Shown here: piece by piece, positions 20,133 through 31,634 of the stretch
How positions within the stretch are numbered: position 1 is the first letter of the stretch
Layout of the letters: each line of letters opens with the position of its first letter
Source of the DNA: an uncultured Chloroflexia bacterium
GTDB taxonomy: Bacteria > Chloroflexota > UBA6077 > JACCZL01
Assembly (NCBI GenBank): GCA_963765765.1
Contig: CAVXYC010000018.1
Location: forward strand, 128,001 to 192,000
Length of the DNA stretch: 64,000 nucleotides
Direction: 5' to 3'
Made by a program: the position numbers and the translations under genes
Notes under the pieces: model-generated
The model's input: only the letters and a program-made list of their open reading frames with translations
The model's database searches: none
Told to the model about the DNA's origin: nothing

Positions 20133-20962
20133 TGGAATATATCGACATCCATTCACACATGGGCTCCCGCACCACCGACGATTACGAGCAGATGGCGCTC
20201 ACCGGCTGCGTGGCATTGACGGAGCCTGCCTTCTGGGCAGGCTATGACCGAGGCTCCTCCCAGGCATTTCGCGCCTACTTCGAGCAGCTCACCGATTTCG
20301 AGCCGAAGCGCGCCGCGAAATACGGCATCAAGCACTTCACCTGGCTGTGCTTCAATCCGAAAGAGGCGGACGATCGCGCGCTTGCCGCGGACGTGCTACC
20401 GCTCATCCCGGAGTACCTGGACCGGCCGAACGTCATAGGCATCGGTGAAATCGGGCTCAATCGCGTGACGCGCAATGAGCTGGCGACCATGGTGGATCAC
20501 ATCGACCTGGCCATGCAGTACGACCAGATCATCCTGGTGCACACACCACACCTCGAAGACAAGTACAAGGGTACGAAGGTGATCGTCGACACCATGGCCG
20601 CGGACCGGAGGATCAGTCCGACCCGCGTGTTGATCGATCACGCAGAAGAGCACACCATGCCGATGATCCAGGAAGCCGGCTTCTGGGCGGGCATCACGCT
20701 CTACCCACAAACCAAAGTCTCGCCCGGGCGCGCGGTCGACATGATCGAGATGTTCGGGAGCGACAAGATTTGCGTTGCTTCTGCCTGTGATTGGGGGCCG
20801 TCCGTTCCCACCGCCATGGCTCACTTCGTCCTGGAAATGCGCCGACGGGGCCATCCCGATCGGCTGATTCGGAAGATCGTCTACGAGAACCCGATCGAGT
20901 TCCTGAGTCAATCACCCAAGTTCGAGCTTCCGCGCCTGGAAGCAGCGGCAATTGCGCGTTGA
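20132..20962 (+). CDS. TatD family hydrolase (EboB-like)
   Basis: [36 protein letters not shown]. Confidence 0.88.
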   Translation: MEYIDIHSHMGSRTTDDYEQMALTGCVALTEPAFWAGYDRGSSQAFRAYFEQLTDFEPKRAAKYGIKHFTWLCFNPKEADDRALAADVLPLIPEYLDRPNVIGIGEIGLNRVTRNELATMVDHIDLAMQYDQIILVHTPHLEDKYKGTKVIVDTMAADRRISPTRVLIDHAEEHTMPMIQEAGFWAGITLYPQTKVSPGRAVDMIEMFGSDKICVASACDWGPSVPTAMAHFVLEMRRRGHPDRLIRKIVYENPIEFLSQSPKFELPRLEAAAIAR

Positions 20963-20968
20963 TGAATG

Positions 20969-21186
20969 ACAGAGTCGCATCCCGTGAAGGTGCGGCTCCT
21001 CTCGTGATGTTCGCTGAATCGGTCAGAGCCGCGACCGTGAGGAAGCGGTTCCTTCACGACCGGTCGGACGGCGATCTCGCGAGGAACCGCTTACTTACGT
21101 GCGCGGCTCGAAGGCTGGCTAGGGAGTGTCATCCGGGACGGAAGTGTTCGTGAGAGGGTCCGCACCCTTACGGGATGCGGCTCTGT
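20969..21186. mobile_element. MITE/REPIN-like element with ~36-bp imperfect terminal inverted repeats
   Basis: acagagtcgcatcccgtgaaggtgcggctcctctc pairs with gagagggtccgcacccttacgggatgcggctctgt; internal hairpin aagcggttcct/aggaaccgctt. Confidence 0.6.
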
Positions 21187-21200
21187 TGGTGAGAGTGACC

Positions 21201-22091
21201 ATGTCTCCTGAAGCCCTTCCTTCCAGGGTGACTCACCGGAAGCGAATCCTTGGCTGGCTCACGTCAATGCGCCTGTCCAATAGCCCCACGGTCGTAAGTA
21301 ACGTGTTAGTGGGGGCGGCGCTGGCTGGCATTCTCCAGCCAGATCATCCGTCTGTGGTGATGCTGGCCGTAGCAATGGTGCTCTATTACACAGCCGGCAT
21401 GATTCTGAATGACGTGTGTGACTTCGCCTGGGACACGGTGCACCGCCCCAGCCGTCCCATGCCCGCCGGAGTCGTCTCGCGTGGGGCCGGCGCGGTGGCT
21501 GTCGTCGTGCTTTTCGCCGTCGGTACAGTGCTGCTCTGGTACGCCGGCGGCATCAACAGCGTCATCAGCGGCGTCATCCTCATCGGAGTCATCGCCCTGT
21601 ACGACTTCTGGCACAAATCCAACCCAGCAAGCCCCCTGGTGATGGCATTGTGCCGTGTGCTGGTATACGTCACCGCGTTTGTTGCATTCGCATGGCCACT
21701 CACGGCATCACTCGGGATCGCGTCGCTCTTGCTTGTGCTTTACATGACGGGACTCACGGCGATCGCAAAGAGCGAAGTGCGCCCAAGCATGGTGGGTTAT
21801 TGGCCCGCGGCGATTCTGTTCATGGGGCCATTCTTTTATGGAGTTCGCGGTGGATCGTTCCAGGCGGCCATCCTGGCAACCATGCTGGCAGGATGGATTC
21901 TGTACAGTCTTCACACGGTGTATCGAGAGGAAAGCAGAAACGTCGGTCTAGCCATTGGTCGCCTCATCGCCGGAATCTCGATGTTCGACGCGCTTGTGCT
22001 GGCTTCAGCGGGCGCCACGCAATCCATCATGGTGGCGCTGGTCGCCTTTGGTACAACGCTCGTCTTCCAGCGATACGTCGAGGGCACCTAG
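21201..22091 (+). CDS. UbiA family prenyltransferase (EboC-like)
   Basis: RLSNSPTVVSNVL, GMILNDVCD...D..HRPSRPMPAG, YDFWHK. Confidence 0.85.
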   Translation: MSPEALPSRVTHRKRILGWLTSMRLSNSPTVVSNVLVGAALAGILQPDHPSVVMLAVAMVLYYTAGMILNDVCDFAWDTVHRPSRPMPAGVVSRGAGAVAVVVLFAVGTVLLWYAGGINSVISGVILIGVIALYDFWHKSNPASPLVMALCRVLVYVTAFVAFAWPLTASLGIASLLLVLYMTGLTAIAKSEVRPSMVGYWPAAILFMGPFFYGVRGGSFQAAILATMLAGWILYSLHTVYREESRNVGLAIGRLIAGISMFDALVLASAGATQSIMVALVAFGTTLVFQRYVEGT

Positions 22092-22093
22092 AT

Positions 22094-23495
22094 ATGCAGA
22101 AGACCGCTGTCATTGACGTCGTCGGGCTGACACCCGATCTCATTGGGCCGCACACCCCCCGCCTGCAAGCGTTTCAGGCCGCCGGTAAAACAGCGAGCAT
22201 TCAACCGGTCCTCCCCGCGGTAACGTGCGCCGCTCAGGCCACGTATCTCACCGGCACCCTGCCCACTGAGCACGGCGTCGTTGGAAACGGCTGGTATTTC
22301 CGCGACGAGTGCGAGATCAAGTTCTGGCGACAATCGAATCGACTCGTGCAGCGTCCCAAGATTTGGGAACAGGCTCGCGAAGCTCGACCCCGCCTTCACC
22401 TGCGCCAACATGTTCTGGTGGTTCAACATGTACTCGTCCGTGGACGCCGCCGTCACTCCACGTCCGATGTATCCAGCCGATGGACGCAAGCTACCAGACG
22501 TCTGGGCCTCACCGGAGCATCTTCGAGGAAGGCTCCAGGCGGAGCTCGGGCAGTTCCCGCTCTTTCAGTTCTGGGGTCCCGGAAGCTCCATTGCCTCCAG
22601 CCAGTGGATTGCAGACGCCGCTCGCCTGGTGGATCAGTGGAACGATCCAACCTTGAACCTGATCTATCTACCGCACCTGGATTACAGCCTGCAGAAGTAC
22701 GGTCCTGACCACCAGCGCATCTCACAGGAACTGAAGGCCATCGACAAAGTCTGCGGTGACCTCATCGACCATTTTCAGGCTCGAGACTCCAGTATCGTCA
22801 TGCTGTCTGAGTACGGCATCCGAGCCGTTAACCGCCCCGTCGATCTCAATCGTCTTCTTCGGCAGCGGAGCCTCCTGGCCGTTCGCGAGGAGATGGGCCT
22901 CGAGCTGCTTGATGCGGGGGTGAGCCGAGCATTCGCCGTGGCCGATCATCAGATCGCACACGTATACGTGAATGATCCCGAGTGCATGAACGAGGTCCGC
23001 TCGCTACTGGAGCAGACGGACGGCGTGGCGGAGATCCTGGACGACGAAGGTAAGCGCGCGCGGGGTCTGGATCATGAGCGCGCGGGCGACCTCATCGCTG
23101 TTGCAGAGCCAGACGCATGGTTCACGTATTACTACTGGCTGGATGACGCGCGAGCACCGGACTATGCGCGCACAGTGGAGATTCACCGAAAACCGGGCTA
23201 CGACCCGGTAGAGCTGTTCCTGGATCCGGCAATCTCACTACCGAAACTGCGCATCGGTTCCATTCTGCTGAAGCGGAAGATCGGTTTTCGGTCACTCCTG
23301 GACGTCATCCCGCTCGACGCCTCGCTGGTCCGAGGATCGCACGGGCGCGTGACAACCGATCCCGGGCAATCACCCGTACTCTTGACTAACCGACCGTCGC
23401 TTCTCGAAAGCGAGGTCCTTCAGGCAACCGATGTCTACGGTGTGCTTCTCTCGCATCTACAGGATGCTGTCCGCGCTCTGAGCCCATCACGTTAG
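22094..23495 (+). CDS. alkaline phosphatase / nucleotide pyrophosphatase family protein (EboF-like; frameshift ~22380)
   Basis: VIDVVGLT, PAVTCAAQATYLTG, YLPHLDY, DHQIAH, HRKPGYDP, GSHGR. Confidence 0.88.
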
Positions 23496-23906
23496 ACGTG
23501 CGGCGATGATCGCCGCTGTGCGCATTGTCCTCACCCGAGTCGGGAGATCGAGAAGGCGGCAGTTCTCTGCGCACTCCAAGGATCCTCGCGCCGGCTACGC
23601 ACTTTCCAGAAGCGTCTAACCCTCGCGTCGAAAGCCCCACCCGGCTAACACGTCCTCGCGGCTCCGCGGGAAATCACAGCGGCTATCCCAGCCGAATTGG
23701 GTTGCAAGCACTGCCAGCATGACGAGTGCCCCCAGCGTAATAATTAGGTCCACAGCACAGTCCCCCTATCCAGGAGTCCAATCCAACACGCACGAATGAC
23801 GACTGAATTGGTACTATTTGCAAATCGAGATCGGTCCACTTGCTCTATGCAACCAGAATAGACCGACAATAGACGAGGTAAAGTGGTCCAATTTGACATT
23901 ATTGGT

Positions 23907-25385
23907 ATGAATTCAAGCACACCTGATGTCGCGACTGCTCTAGGGGCATGGATCCAGGCGCCCGGCCCGATGTACCGCCGTCTGGCACGGGCCATGACCC
24001 GCGCGATAGAGAACGGCTCTATCGCGGCGAGCTCACTCTTGCCACCGGAGCGATCGCTTGCTGAGCAGCTCGCAATAAGCCGGAGTACGGTGATCGCGGC
24101 CTACGATGTACTCCGGGCCGATGGCCTGGTGGAGAGCCGGCGCGGGAGCGGAACTCGGGTCTGTCCAAGGCCAAGCCACATCCTTGCCAGCGGCAACAGT
24201 GGTCCCGTTGAGGCGGTGGGTGGCGCCCAGCTCCCCGGTGTGTTGGCCGGTGCGACACACGTTACAGACAGCGTCGATCTAACAGCCGCCGCGCCAGCCG
24301 CGCTCTCCCAACTGCTCGCGGACCAGCTTGTTGCGTCGGCCGAAGAGATTGCTCCACTTCTCAAACAGCACGGATACGCCCCCGCTGGACTGCCCGCGCT
24401 TCGTTACGCCGTAGCCGATTACTTCACGCGTCAGGGCGTGACCACACATCCCGACCAGATTCTGATCACCAATGGCGCCCAGCAGGGCATCTCATTGCTC
24501 AGCACCATTCACCTTCGCGAAGGGGACGCCGTGCTTGTTGAGAACCCATCGTATTTCGGCGCGCTTGACGCATTCCGACTCCTGGGCGCGCGAGTGATCG
24601 GTGTGCCGATGGATCACGACGGGATTCGACCAGAGGTACTGCGTGAGAAGATCGAGGCGGCTCGTCCCCGGCTCATCTATCTCATCCCGACCTATCAGAA
24701 CCCAACCGGCTCGGTGCTGCCTGAGTCTCGGCGCCGGCAGATCGCGGACATGATCGAGGCGCTTGGCATTCCACTCATCGAAGATCTGAGTCTGGCGGAC
24801 ATCGTGCTCCACGGGCACCCGCCCGCACCAATCGCACAACACACGTCGTCAGCAGCACTTTACACACTTGGGTCATTGAGCAAGTTATGCTGGCCCGGTC
24901 TTCGCATCGGCTGGATTCGTGGCACGCCTGAAGCCATTGGGGAGCTCGCCCGAGCCAAGGCTGTGGCGGACCTTGGATCCCCATTGATGGATCAGGTGGT
25001 GGCTGCCAGGCTTATGTCTCGCATCGATCAGATGATCGATTGGCGCGCAAAGGAGCTGACTCCACGCTACGAAGCCCTCGCCCACCATCTCGCGCGAGAG
25101 CTTCCCGAATGGCATTGGCGGCGTCCCAACGGCGGTCTCTATCTCTGGATCAAGATCCCACGTGGCGACACACGAACACTCGCACAACGGGCGTTACGCC
25201 AGGGTGTGCGGATCATTCCCGGTTCGGTCATGTCTGTGGACGACAGCCAGAGTCAATGCTTCCGATTTCCGTTTGTGGAAACACCGGAAGTTCTAGCCGA
25301 GGCGGTCGGAAAGCTCAAACAGGCCTGGCTTGAGATGGAATCCCGCCCCGTTCTGCATGTCACAAGCTCGCAGGTGCTGGTGTAA
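23907..25385 (+). CDS. MocR/GntR family PLP-dependent transcriptional regulator
   Basis: LPPERSLAEQLAISRSTV HTH; QNPTG; GSLSKLCWPGLRIGW. Confidence 0.9.
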   Translation: MNSSTPDVATALGAWIQAPGPMYRRLARAMTRAIENGSIAASSLLPPERSLAEQLAISRSTVIAAYDVLRADGLVESRRGSGTRVCPRPSHILASGNSGPVEAVGGAQLPGVLAGATHVTDSVDLTAAAPAALSQLLADQLVASAEEIAPLLKQHGYAPAGLPALRYAVADYFTRQGVTTHPDQILITNGAQQGISLLSTIHLREGDAVLVENPSYFGALDAFRLLGARVIGVPMDHDGIRPEVLREKIEAARPRLIYLIPTYQNPTGSVLPESRRRQIADMIEALGIPLIEDLSLADIVLHGHPPAPIAQHTSSAALYTLGSLSKLCWPGLRIGWIRGTPEAIGELARAKAVADLGSPLMDQVVAARLMSRIDQMIDWRAKELTPRYEALAHHLARELPEWHWRRPNGGLYLWIKIPRGDTRTLAQRALRQGVRIIPGSVMSVDDSQSQCFRFPFVETPEVLAEAVGKLKQAWLEMESRPVLHVTSSQVLV

Positions 25386-25503
25386 ATTCCCGGTAATCAC
25401 TAAGCCTTGTGAGTGCGCCGCTGGATCCCGGTGGCGCGCGCCAGGCCACCCTAAGCATCAGCAACATTCTTGCTTCCGGACGGCGAGTATGAGTCCTAAG
25501 CCC

Positions 25504-26521
25504 CTACTGGGAGCGAGCCTTCAAGGTCCGATCCAGTCTGGGATAAACATGGCGCGCATTCCCTCGAACACCTTATGACGATCCCCATCGGTGAGGAAGT
25601 CCAGCTTGTCTAGATAGAGCTTCGTATCATCGAAGTACGTGTCCGTCTTGGGGTCCTTACCCCGCACCGCTCCGATCATCTCCGATGCAAAGATGATGTT
25701 CTCCATTGGTACGGACTTGAACAATGTCTCAATGCCTGGCTGGTGATAGACACAGGTATCGAAGTAGATATTGTCCATGAGGAATTCGTTCAACTCGGGC
25801 CTGCCCATGCCAGCGCGATGCCACGGTATCGTCCCCAGTGATAGGGAACCGCGCCGCCGCCATGAGGGAGCACAAACTTCAGCGTTGGGAAATCCTTGAA
25901 GATCTGCGGCTCCTGAATGCACTGCATGAAGACCGTCAGGTCACCGTTAAGATAGTGTGCCCCAGTGCCGTGGAAGTTTGGATTGCAGCTTCCGCTCACG
26001 TGGATCATCGCCGGTACTTCCAGCTCCACCATCTTCTCGTAAAGCGGGTACCAGTGCTTGTCCGTCATAGGCGGATCGATCCAGTAGCCGTCAGACGGGT
26101 CCGGATTGAGGTTGCAGGCGACGAAGCCGAGCTCGTTGACGCAACGCTCCAGCTCCTCGATGCAGTTTGACGCGGGCACGCGAGGCGATTGAGGCAGCTG
26201 GCAGACGGGGATGAAGTTCTCTGGAAACAGCGTGCAAACGCGATGGACCAGGTCATTGACCGTCTCGGTCCAGTAGCGGCTAACGCGAGCGTCACCAATG
26301 TGGTGTGACATGCCGCCGGCCGTCGGAGAGAAAAGGGCAAGATCGGTCCCGCGATCGTTCTGCATCTTGAGCTGGCCCTTGACGATGGACTCACGAATCT
26401 CATCGTCAGTGACGTTGAGCGAGCCCTTCGTTGGGTTGTGCAGGTTCTGCTGCTGCCATGCGCGGTAATCGCGCAGGCCCTGTGGCGCCGTGGTGTAGTG
26501 CCCGTGTACGTCGATGATCAC
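25504..26521 (-). CDS. ligJ: 4-oxalomesaconate hydratase (amidohydrolase; frameshifts ~25800 and ~25560)
   Basis: IIDVHGHYTTAP, NLNPDPS, HGTGAHYLNGD, PHGGGAVPYHWGR, FDTCVYHQPG, FASEMIGAVRG. Confidence 0.85.
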
Positions 26522-26595
26522 CAGTACATCCCCCCGTATTTCCTCGCGGGACTTAGGATACAGGGATTGAGCGGATTCCGACGAGGAGGTCCCAC

Positions 26596-26703
26596 GCGCT
26601 TTAGACCGCGGCGGTCTTCGCCACTTTGGCAACAGAGCGGAGAGACACGGAAGGGCGGCTTCTAGCTTGAGTGAGAATGCGGCGAAGACCGCCGCAGTCC
26701 AAA
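26596..26703. repeat. REP-like doublet, GGACTGCGGCG family
   Basis: gaccgcggcggtcttcgcc...gcggcgaagaccgccgcagtcc. Confidence 0.7.
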
Positions 26704-26716
26704 GTTCTGACGGAGA

Positions 26717-27013
26717 CTAGCTGGCGGGCGTGACCACAACCACCCCGATCATCGTGGGGTGCAGCGGGCAGTAGTACGGGTACTCGCCAGGCTCGGCGAA
26801 CGTGTAGCTAAAGCCGTCTCCGGGCATGATGAATGGCGACTCGAAAAGCTGTCCCGTCATTCTCGCTATCCACGACTTCGGAGGCGACGTTGTGCGGGCA
26901 TAAGATCCTCGGTGTTGGCTCCAGAGCACTGAGTCACCCTGCGAAACGGTGATTGAGGAATGGGCTGAATGCGAGGTCCCGAATCTGAATTGATGGAATC
27001 GGTCGGGGCCCAC
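26717..27013 (-). pseudogene. cupredoxin (plastocyanin/azurin-like) fragment
   Basis: FSYTFAEPGEYPYYCPLHPTMIGVVVV type-1 copper ligands; N-terminal part broken across frames. Confidence 0.6.
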
Positions 27014-27077
27014 GGGCGGCTGAGAAGCTATTGCGAATTATTCCTGCACTGTCTCTGCTCTGATGTCGACTAAGAGC

Positions 27078-28470
27078 TCAGCGTTGAACTCCGGCGATCC
27101 CTGCATCAACGAGAGCCCGAATGCTCTCGGCGTCATCGATGCGCTGGCACACGCCGATGAGCGTTTCCACCTGCTCCGAGCCTCCAGGAATCTCCGGAAT
27201 GAGCGCCCGTACGATCTCCGTGTCCGCTGCGAAATCGAGCTTGAACTCATTCCCCGTGGCCTGCGCCCGATACGTTGTTCCATCCTTCAGCTTGATCGAT
27301 ACGAGTGGACTGAGCGGTGCGGTGTCGGCGGAGCCAACGACCTCAACCCGCTCGGCCAGCGCCTGGGAAGCCTGATGTGTAGGTAACCGGTCGATGCCCT
27401 CGATGGGCGATGACCAGCCGTCGGGACGATCCGCCGGCAGCGCAAATCCGCGATTCACGCATGCCGCCGCAACGACGAACGCGGTGGTGCCCAGCCCCCT
27501 GCGTCGCCCGTATGCGCTGGCGAACTTGGCGCCAGGATAGCTCGTCTCGAAATCGTTCATTTCGACGCGAGCCGACTCGATTTGATCGGGGTGAATATCG
27601 TGACCCCGCGTAAGATCGAGCATCATCTGCGTGGGTGGCTGGTTGAACATCGATGTCGGGTAGCGCTTGAGGGTCACCTCGAGGATCTCCCAACGCTGTC
27701 CGAGATGGTCCGCTATGTGATCGAGGCCATCATTGGAGCCTGTGAACGAGTAGTAGAAGCCAATCGGGCCTTCAAGTGATGTATCCGACGCACGAGCGCC
27801 CTGAGCCGCAAGCTGGGCGGCCAGTAGACCACTTCGTGGTGCTTGTGACACCTGCAGCACCATGACGTCGGTCCCATCACCACCCTCGAAGGTTCCCGCG
27901 GAGAAGGTAGCCGCGAAGCCGATTGCGTGGGTCATCTGCTCTTCGTTCAACCCAAGCAGCTTTCCCACCGCCACGGCCGCGCCAAAGGTGCCATAAATTG
28001 GGCTAGACCGGAAGCCTTGCTCATTGCTGCGGGGAATGAAGTCGGCAGTAATCGCTGTCTCCACCTCATAGCCTGCCACCAGCGCGGTCAGTAGATCCCG
28101 ACCATTCGAGCCCAGAGTCTCGGCCGCGGCAAGCGCCGCGGGGATGATCATCACTCCGGGGTGACTGCCCGTGTGATAGGCATCTTCTTGAAGCTTGCGC
28201 GTGCATCAAGGCGCTGTTGACGAATGCCGCCGCGCCCGGCGTGGCGCGTTCTCCGGTGACCAGGATCGTGGCGCCACCGTCTTGCACCGATTCATCCATC
28301 AGGACCGCCGCTTTCGCTCTGTGCGCGGCACCGCTACCATGGCCCGCGAGACCAACGCCTATGTTGTGAAGCAAGCAGGCTCGGGCTTTATCCAGTACCT
28401 GTGGCGGAAGGTCCTCGCAGTTCAGACCACTGGCAAAACGGGCAAGTCGACGCGCGAGTGTATCGGACAT
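27078..28470 (-). CDS. MmgE/PrpD family protein (frameshift ~28190)
   Basis: LARRLARFA, AAFVNSALMH, ALVAGYEV, LKRYPT. Confidence 0.85.
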
Positions 28471-28575
28471 CCATTGATCCTCTCAGACGCATGGGGGACG
28501 AGATCCAGTTGGTGGCATTATCCATGGGGAGGAAACAGCGTCAGCAATCTCGGGCTGGATCAGTCCCTTCGCCAA

Positions 28576-29689
28576 CTACCCTCCGGAAACCTGCGACGGG
28601 AATTCCACTCCGCACTCCTCGGCTAGCTCTGTGAGATCCCGCACTAACACATCGTGCAGCGGCACGCCGTTGGCACGACGGTCATCGGTGTTGCGGAATT
28701 CGATCTCACCAGGAATCAGCACCCGCTTTGCTGGATCGAGTGGCGGGGTTGCGCGCAGGTCGCGAATCATTCGGTCCATGTTGATTTTGAACTCCTCGGA
28801 CTCCACGAAGCCATCGATCCGCCACGCGCCAAACCACTGGCCCACGCCCTCAACGTCGTTCAGCATGACGGACGAGCCCATGCCTGTCAGCATGCCCGAA
28901 AGCACATCCACGAAGGCGCCCAGCCCGTAGCCCTTGTAGCTGCTGGTGTCCGGCCGACCACCTAGTGGCAATAACCAACCACCTTCAACTGGCGCAAAGG
29001 GATCATCGCTGTACTGACCGTCCGCATCTTGGGACCAGCCCACTGGGACCTTCTTGCCCGTGCGACGCGCGAGGAGAAACTTACCGGACGCGACGACGCT
29101 GGTGGCCATGTCAAGGACAAACGGTCGCTCTTCGTTGGCCGGCACGGCTACGGCGATTGGATTCGTACCGATCATCGGGCGCGCCCCAAACGTCGGCGCC
29201 ACCCACGGACGGCTATTGCACACGCTGATGCCGATCATGTCATGAGGCAGCGCCATCATCGGATAATGTGCGGCCATCCCGTAATGGCGACCATCCCGTA
29301 GTCCTACGAATCCGCTACCCGCGTCTCGCGCCTTGGAGATCGCCAGCTCCATCGCCTCTGTGGCGGAGGCCGCGCCGAGACCGCCATCGTTGTCCATGAG
29401 CGCCGTGCTGGGCGTCTCCCGCACGATGCGCCGATTGGGTCGCGTGTTGACCGTGCCGTCTTTGAGTCCCGGCACGTACGCGCGGTTATGCGTAAACATG
29501 TTGATGCCATGCGAGTCCACGCCTCGCAGGTCGGCGTGGTTCAGCGCAGATGCGGTTGCGTTGGCATCCGGTTCGCTGGCGCCGAGGCGGACCATGAGCG
29601 TTGACCATGAACGCTCGGAGCGCATCGGCGGGGTAACGGTGAACGCCGCCCGCGACTGACTCAGGATCCGGCCTCGCTTCACCGCGCAT
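28576..29689 (-). CDS. Ldh_2 family oxidoreductase (frameshift ~29597)
   Basis: ADLRGVDSHG, GTNPIA, LDMATS, YKGYGL, VLIPGE. Confidence 0.88.
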
Positions 29690-29708
29690 GTCTCACATTC
29701 TCCCAAGC

Positions 29709-30962
29709 TCACTCGTTCACCGTCACGGCGTTCTTTATCGGCTGTCCGCCATTGTTCTTGACTTCCCAATCGGCGATGAATGCTTTTACCTTCGATTCGA
29801 ATTCGGCCTGGGAGATGCCCTTGGGAAGCTGCTGGACGATATCCGCCGCATGGAGAGCGTTGCCTAACCGAGACTGGTCAACGCTGAGCAGCGTGATCGG
29901 GCCCTTCTTGCCTCCACCCACGACCTGTCCCTTCAAGAGATCTGGCAGGTAACTCGGGACGTCGCGTCGAATGCCATCATCGTTGCGCTTCATTTTCTTG
30001 ATGAAGTCCTGGCCCTCTTTACTCATCGTCCAGTTCATGAAGACGAGGGCGGCATTGGGGTTCTGGGCCGTTTTGGTGACGCCCATCATGGCCGGCTGGC
30101 TTACCAGCGGCCGCTCCGGGAATGCCATGATTCTTACGGGTGCCTCTGCCTCGGCCAGGCTGAGAATGCGATCGCTGCCCAACCCCAGTCCCAATGCAAT
30201 CTCGCCTCGACCGACCGCCGCTTCCTGGTCGCCCGAGCGCGCAAGTGTCATCACTTCCTGCACTCGGTACATCGACCAGATTTCGGCTAGCGTGATGTTG
30301 TCGGTGGCATAGCTGTGCTGCATCAGGAACGACGTCACCGCGGCACTCGCGCTGGGATCCAGCCAGGCGATCTTGCCCTTGAAGCGCGGATCGGTGGCGA
30401 GCTCATTAAACGTCTTTGGTTCCTCACCGGAGGCGACCATGCGCGTGTTGAGGATGTAGTGGCCCTCCATCTTGCCCAGGCGGCTCACCGTCACGTCCAT
30501 CGCGTCGCCAAAGAAGGTTGGCGCTGTGAGCCAGACGCTTGCCGGTTCGGCAAGAACAGGCAGCGGCTTATCCCGCAATGGGAGGAACGCGCCTTCGGTT
30601 CGCAGGGCCGTGAGCGTGGTGGGTGATCCTTCCATGAGGTCCGCCGAGGGCTGCCCAGCCTTCGACTCCTGCTGGTAGCGCGGAACGAGCTGCGCGCCGG
30701 TGGCACTGATGATGTCCACGGTGATGCCGGCGATCCGTTGCAGCTCAGTATTGATGAGCGTACCTTCCTGGCCGGTGAACCGCTCCGCGTAAATCAGGAG
30801 CTTCCCCTCACGCCGAGCCGCGTCAAGGACTTGCTGCCACTCGGCCGAGACGGGGGCGTTAGTGGACGGAGCCGAGCCGCTGGGCGCGGGCGACGCACTC
30901 GGCGAACAGGCAGCCAGCGTGAGTAACGCCGCTACGAGGAGTGCGCGGTGCATATGAGACAC
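29709..30962 (-). CDS. ABC extracellular solute-binding lipoprotein
   Basis: Lipobox LAAC, AARREGKLLIY, NPNAALVFMNWTMSKEGQ. Confidence 0.88.
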   Translation of the reverse strand: MSHMHRALLVAALLTLAACSPSASPAPSGSAPSTNAPVSAEWQQVLDAARREGKLLIYAERFTGQEGTLINTELQRIAGITVDIISATGAQLVPRYQQESKAGQPSADLMEGSPTTLTALRTEGAFLPLRDKPLPVLAEPASVWLTAPTFFGDAMDVTVSRLGKMEGHYILNTRMVASGEEPKTFNELATDPRFKGKIAWLDPSASAAVTSFLMQHSYATDNITLAEIWSMYRVQEVMTLARSGDQEAAVGRGEIALGLGLGSDRILSLAEAEAPVRIMAFPERPLVSQPAMMGVTKTAQNPNAALVFMNWTMSKEGQDFIKKMKRNDDGIRRDVPSYLPDLLKGQVVGGGKKGPITLLSVDQSRLGNALHAADIVQQLPKGISQAEFESKVKAFIADWEVKNNGGQPIKNAVTVNE

Positions 30963-30991
30963 GGTGAATCACCTCCAGGGCTCAACTCCCG

Positions 30992-31104
30992 GCGCGGAGC
31001 GCTTTAGCCTGCGTGCGAGCATCGCCGCTTTTCAGACTTCACGACTAAGGCTGGGATATCAAGAAAGCGGCGATCTCTCGCCGCACTCTAAACTGCTTCG
31101 CGCC
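30992..31104. repeat. REP-like doublet, GGAGTGCGGCG..GCCGCTTT family
   Basis: gcggagcgctttag...atcgccgcttt...aaagcggcgat...cgccgcactctaaactgcttcgcg. Confidence 0.6.
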
Positions 31105-31119
31105 AAGTGGTCCAGCCGC

Positions 31120-31580
31120 TCAATCGCCGAAGAACTGGCCTTCCAGGATCTTCGCATCGATCTTCTCGCGCAGCGGCGGACCGAGTCGCTCGAGGCCGCC
31201 CGGCTCATTCTGCCCCATTGCGCCGATACGGACGTAGACCAGTGTCTCATCCGACGCGCTTTCAAACCAGTAGCGCCCCATGCGAGGCACCAGGATTCCC
31301 TGGTAGCGGCCGATAGTGGCCACCTCGCGATCTTCATCCGTATAGAAGGTTGCCTGCCCCTGCAACACCAGGAAGATCTGGTCCTCCCCGGGTGATAGTG
31401 GAAGATCGTCTCACCACCCGGCTTGCCTACGGACACCTGCGCCGTTATCAGGTCCGTGGCCGCAAGCGTGGTCGTCATCTTGCCTTGTTCGAGCAGCGGC
31501 GGACGCACATCGAACTTCTTGAACGAACTTACTGGCGACTCGTCATCAACGCGTGCACCCATGCTCGGCTCAACTGCCAT
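31120..31580 (-). CDS. cupin domain protein (frameshift ~31385)
   Basis: GGETIFHYHPGEDQIFLVLQGQATF when frames are joined; paralogs at 61-64 kb. Confidence 0.75.
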
Positions 31581-31634
31581 ATCCCGCTCTCCCGTCGATC
31601 TCGCTCAAAGTCTACTCCTAGCAGAATCCGCCTT

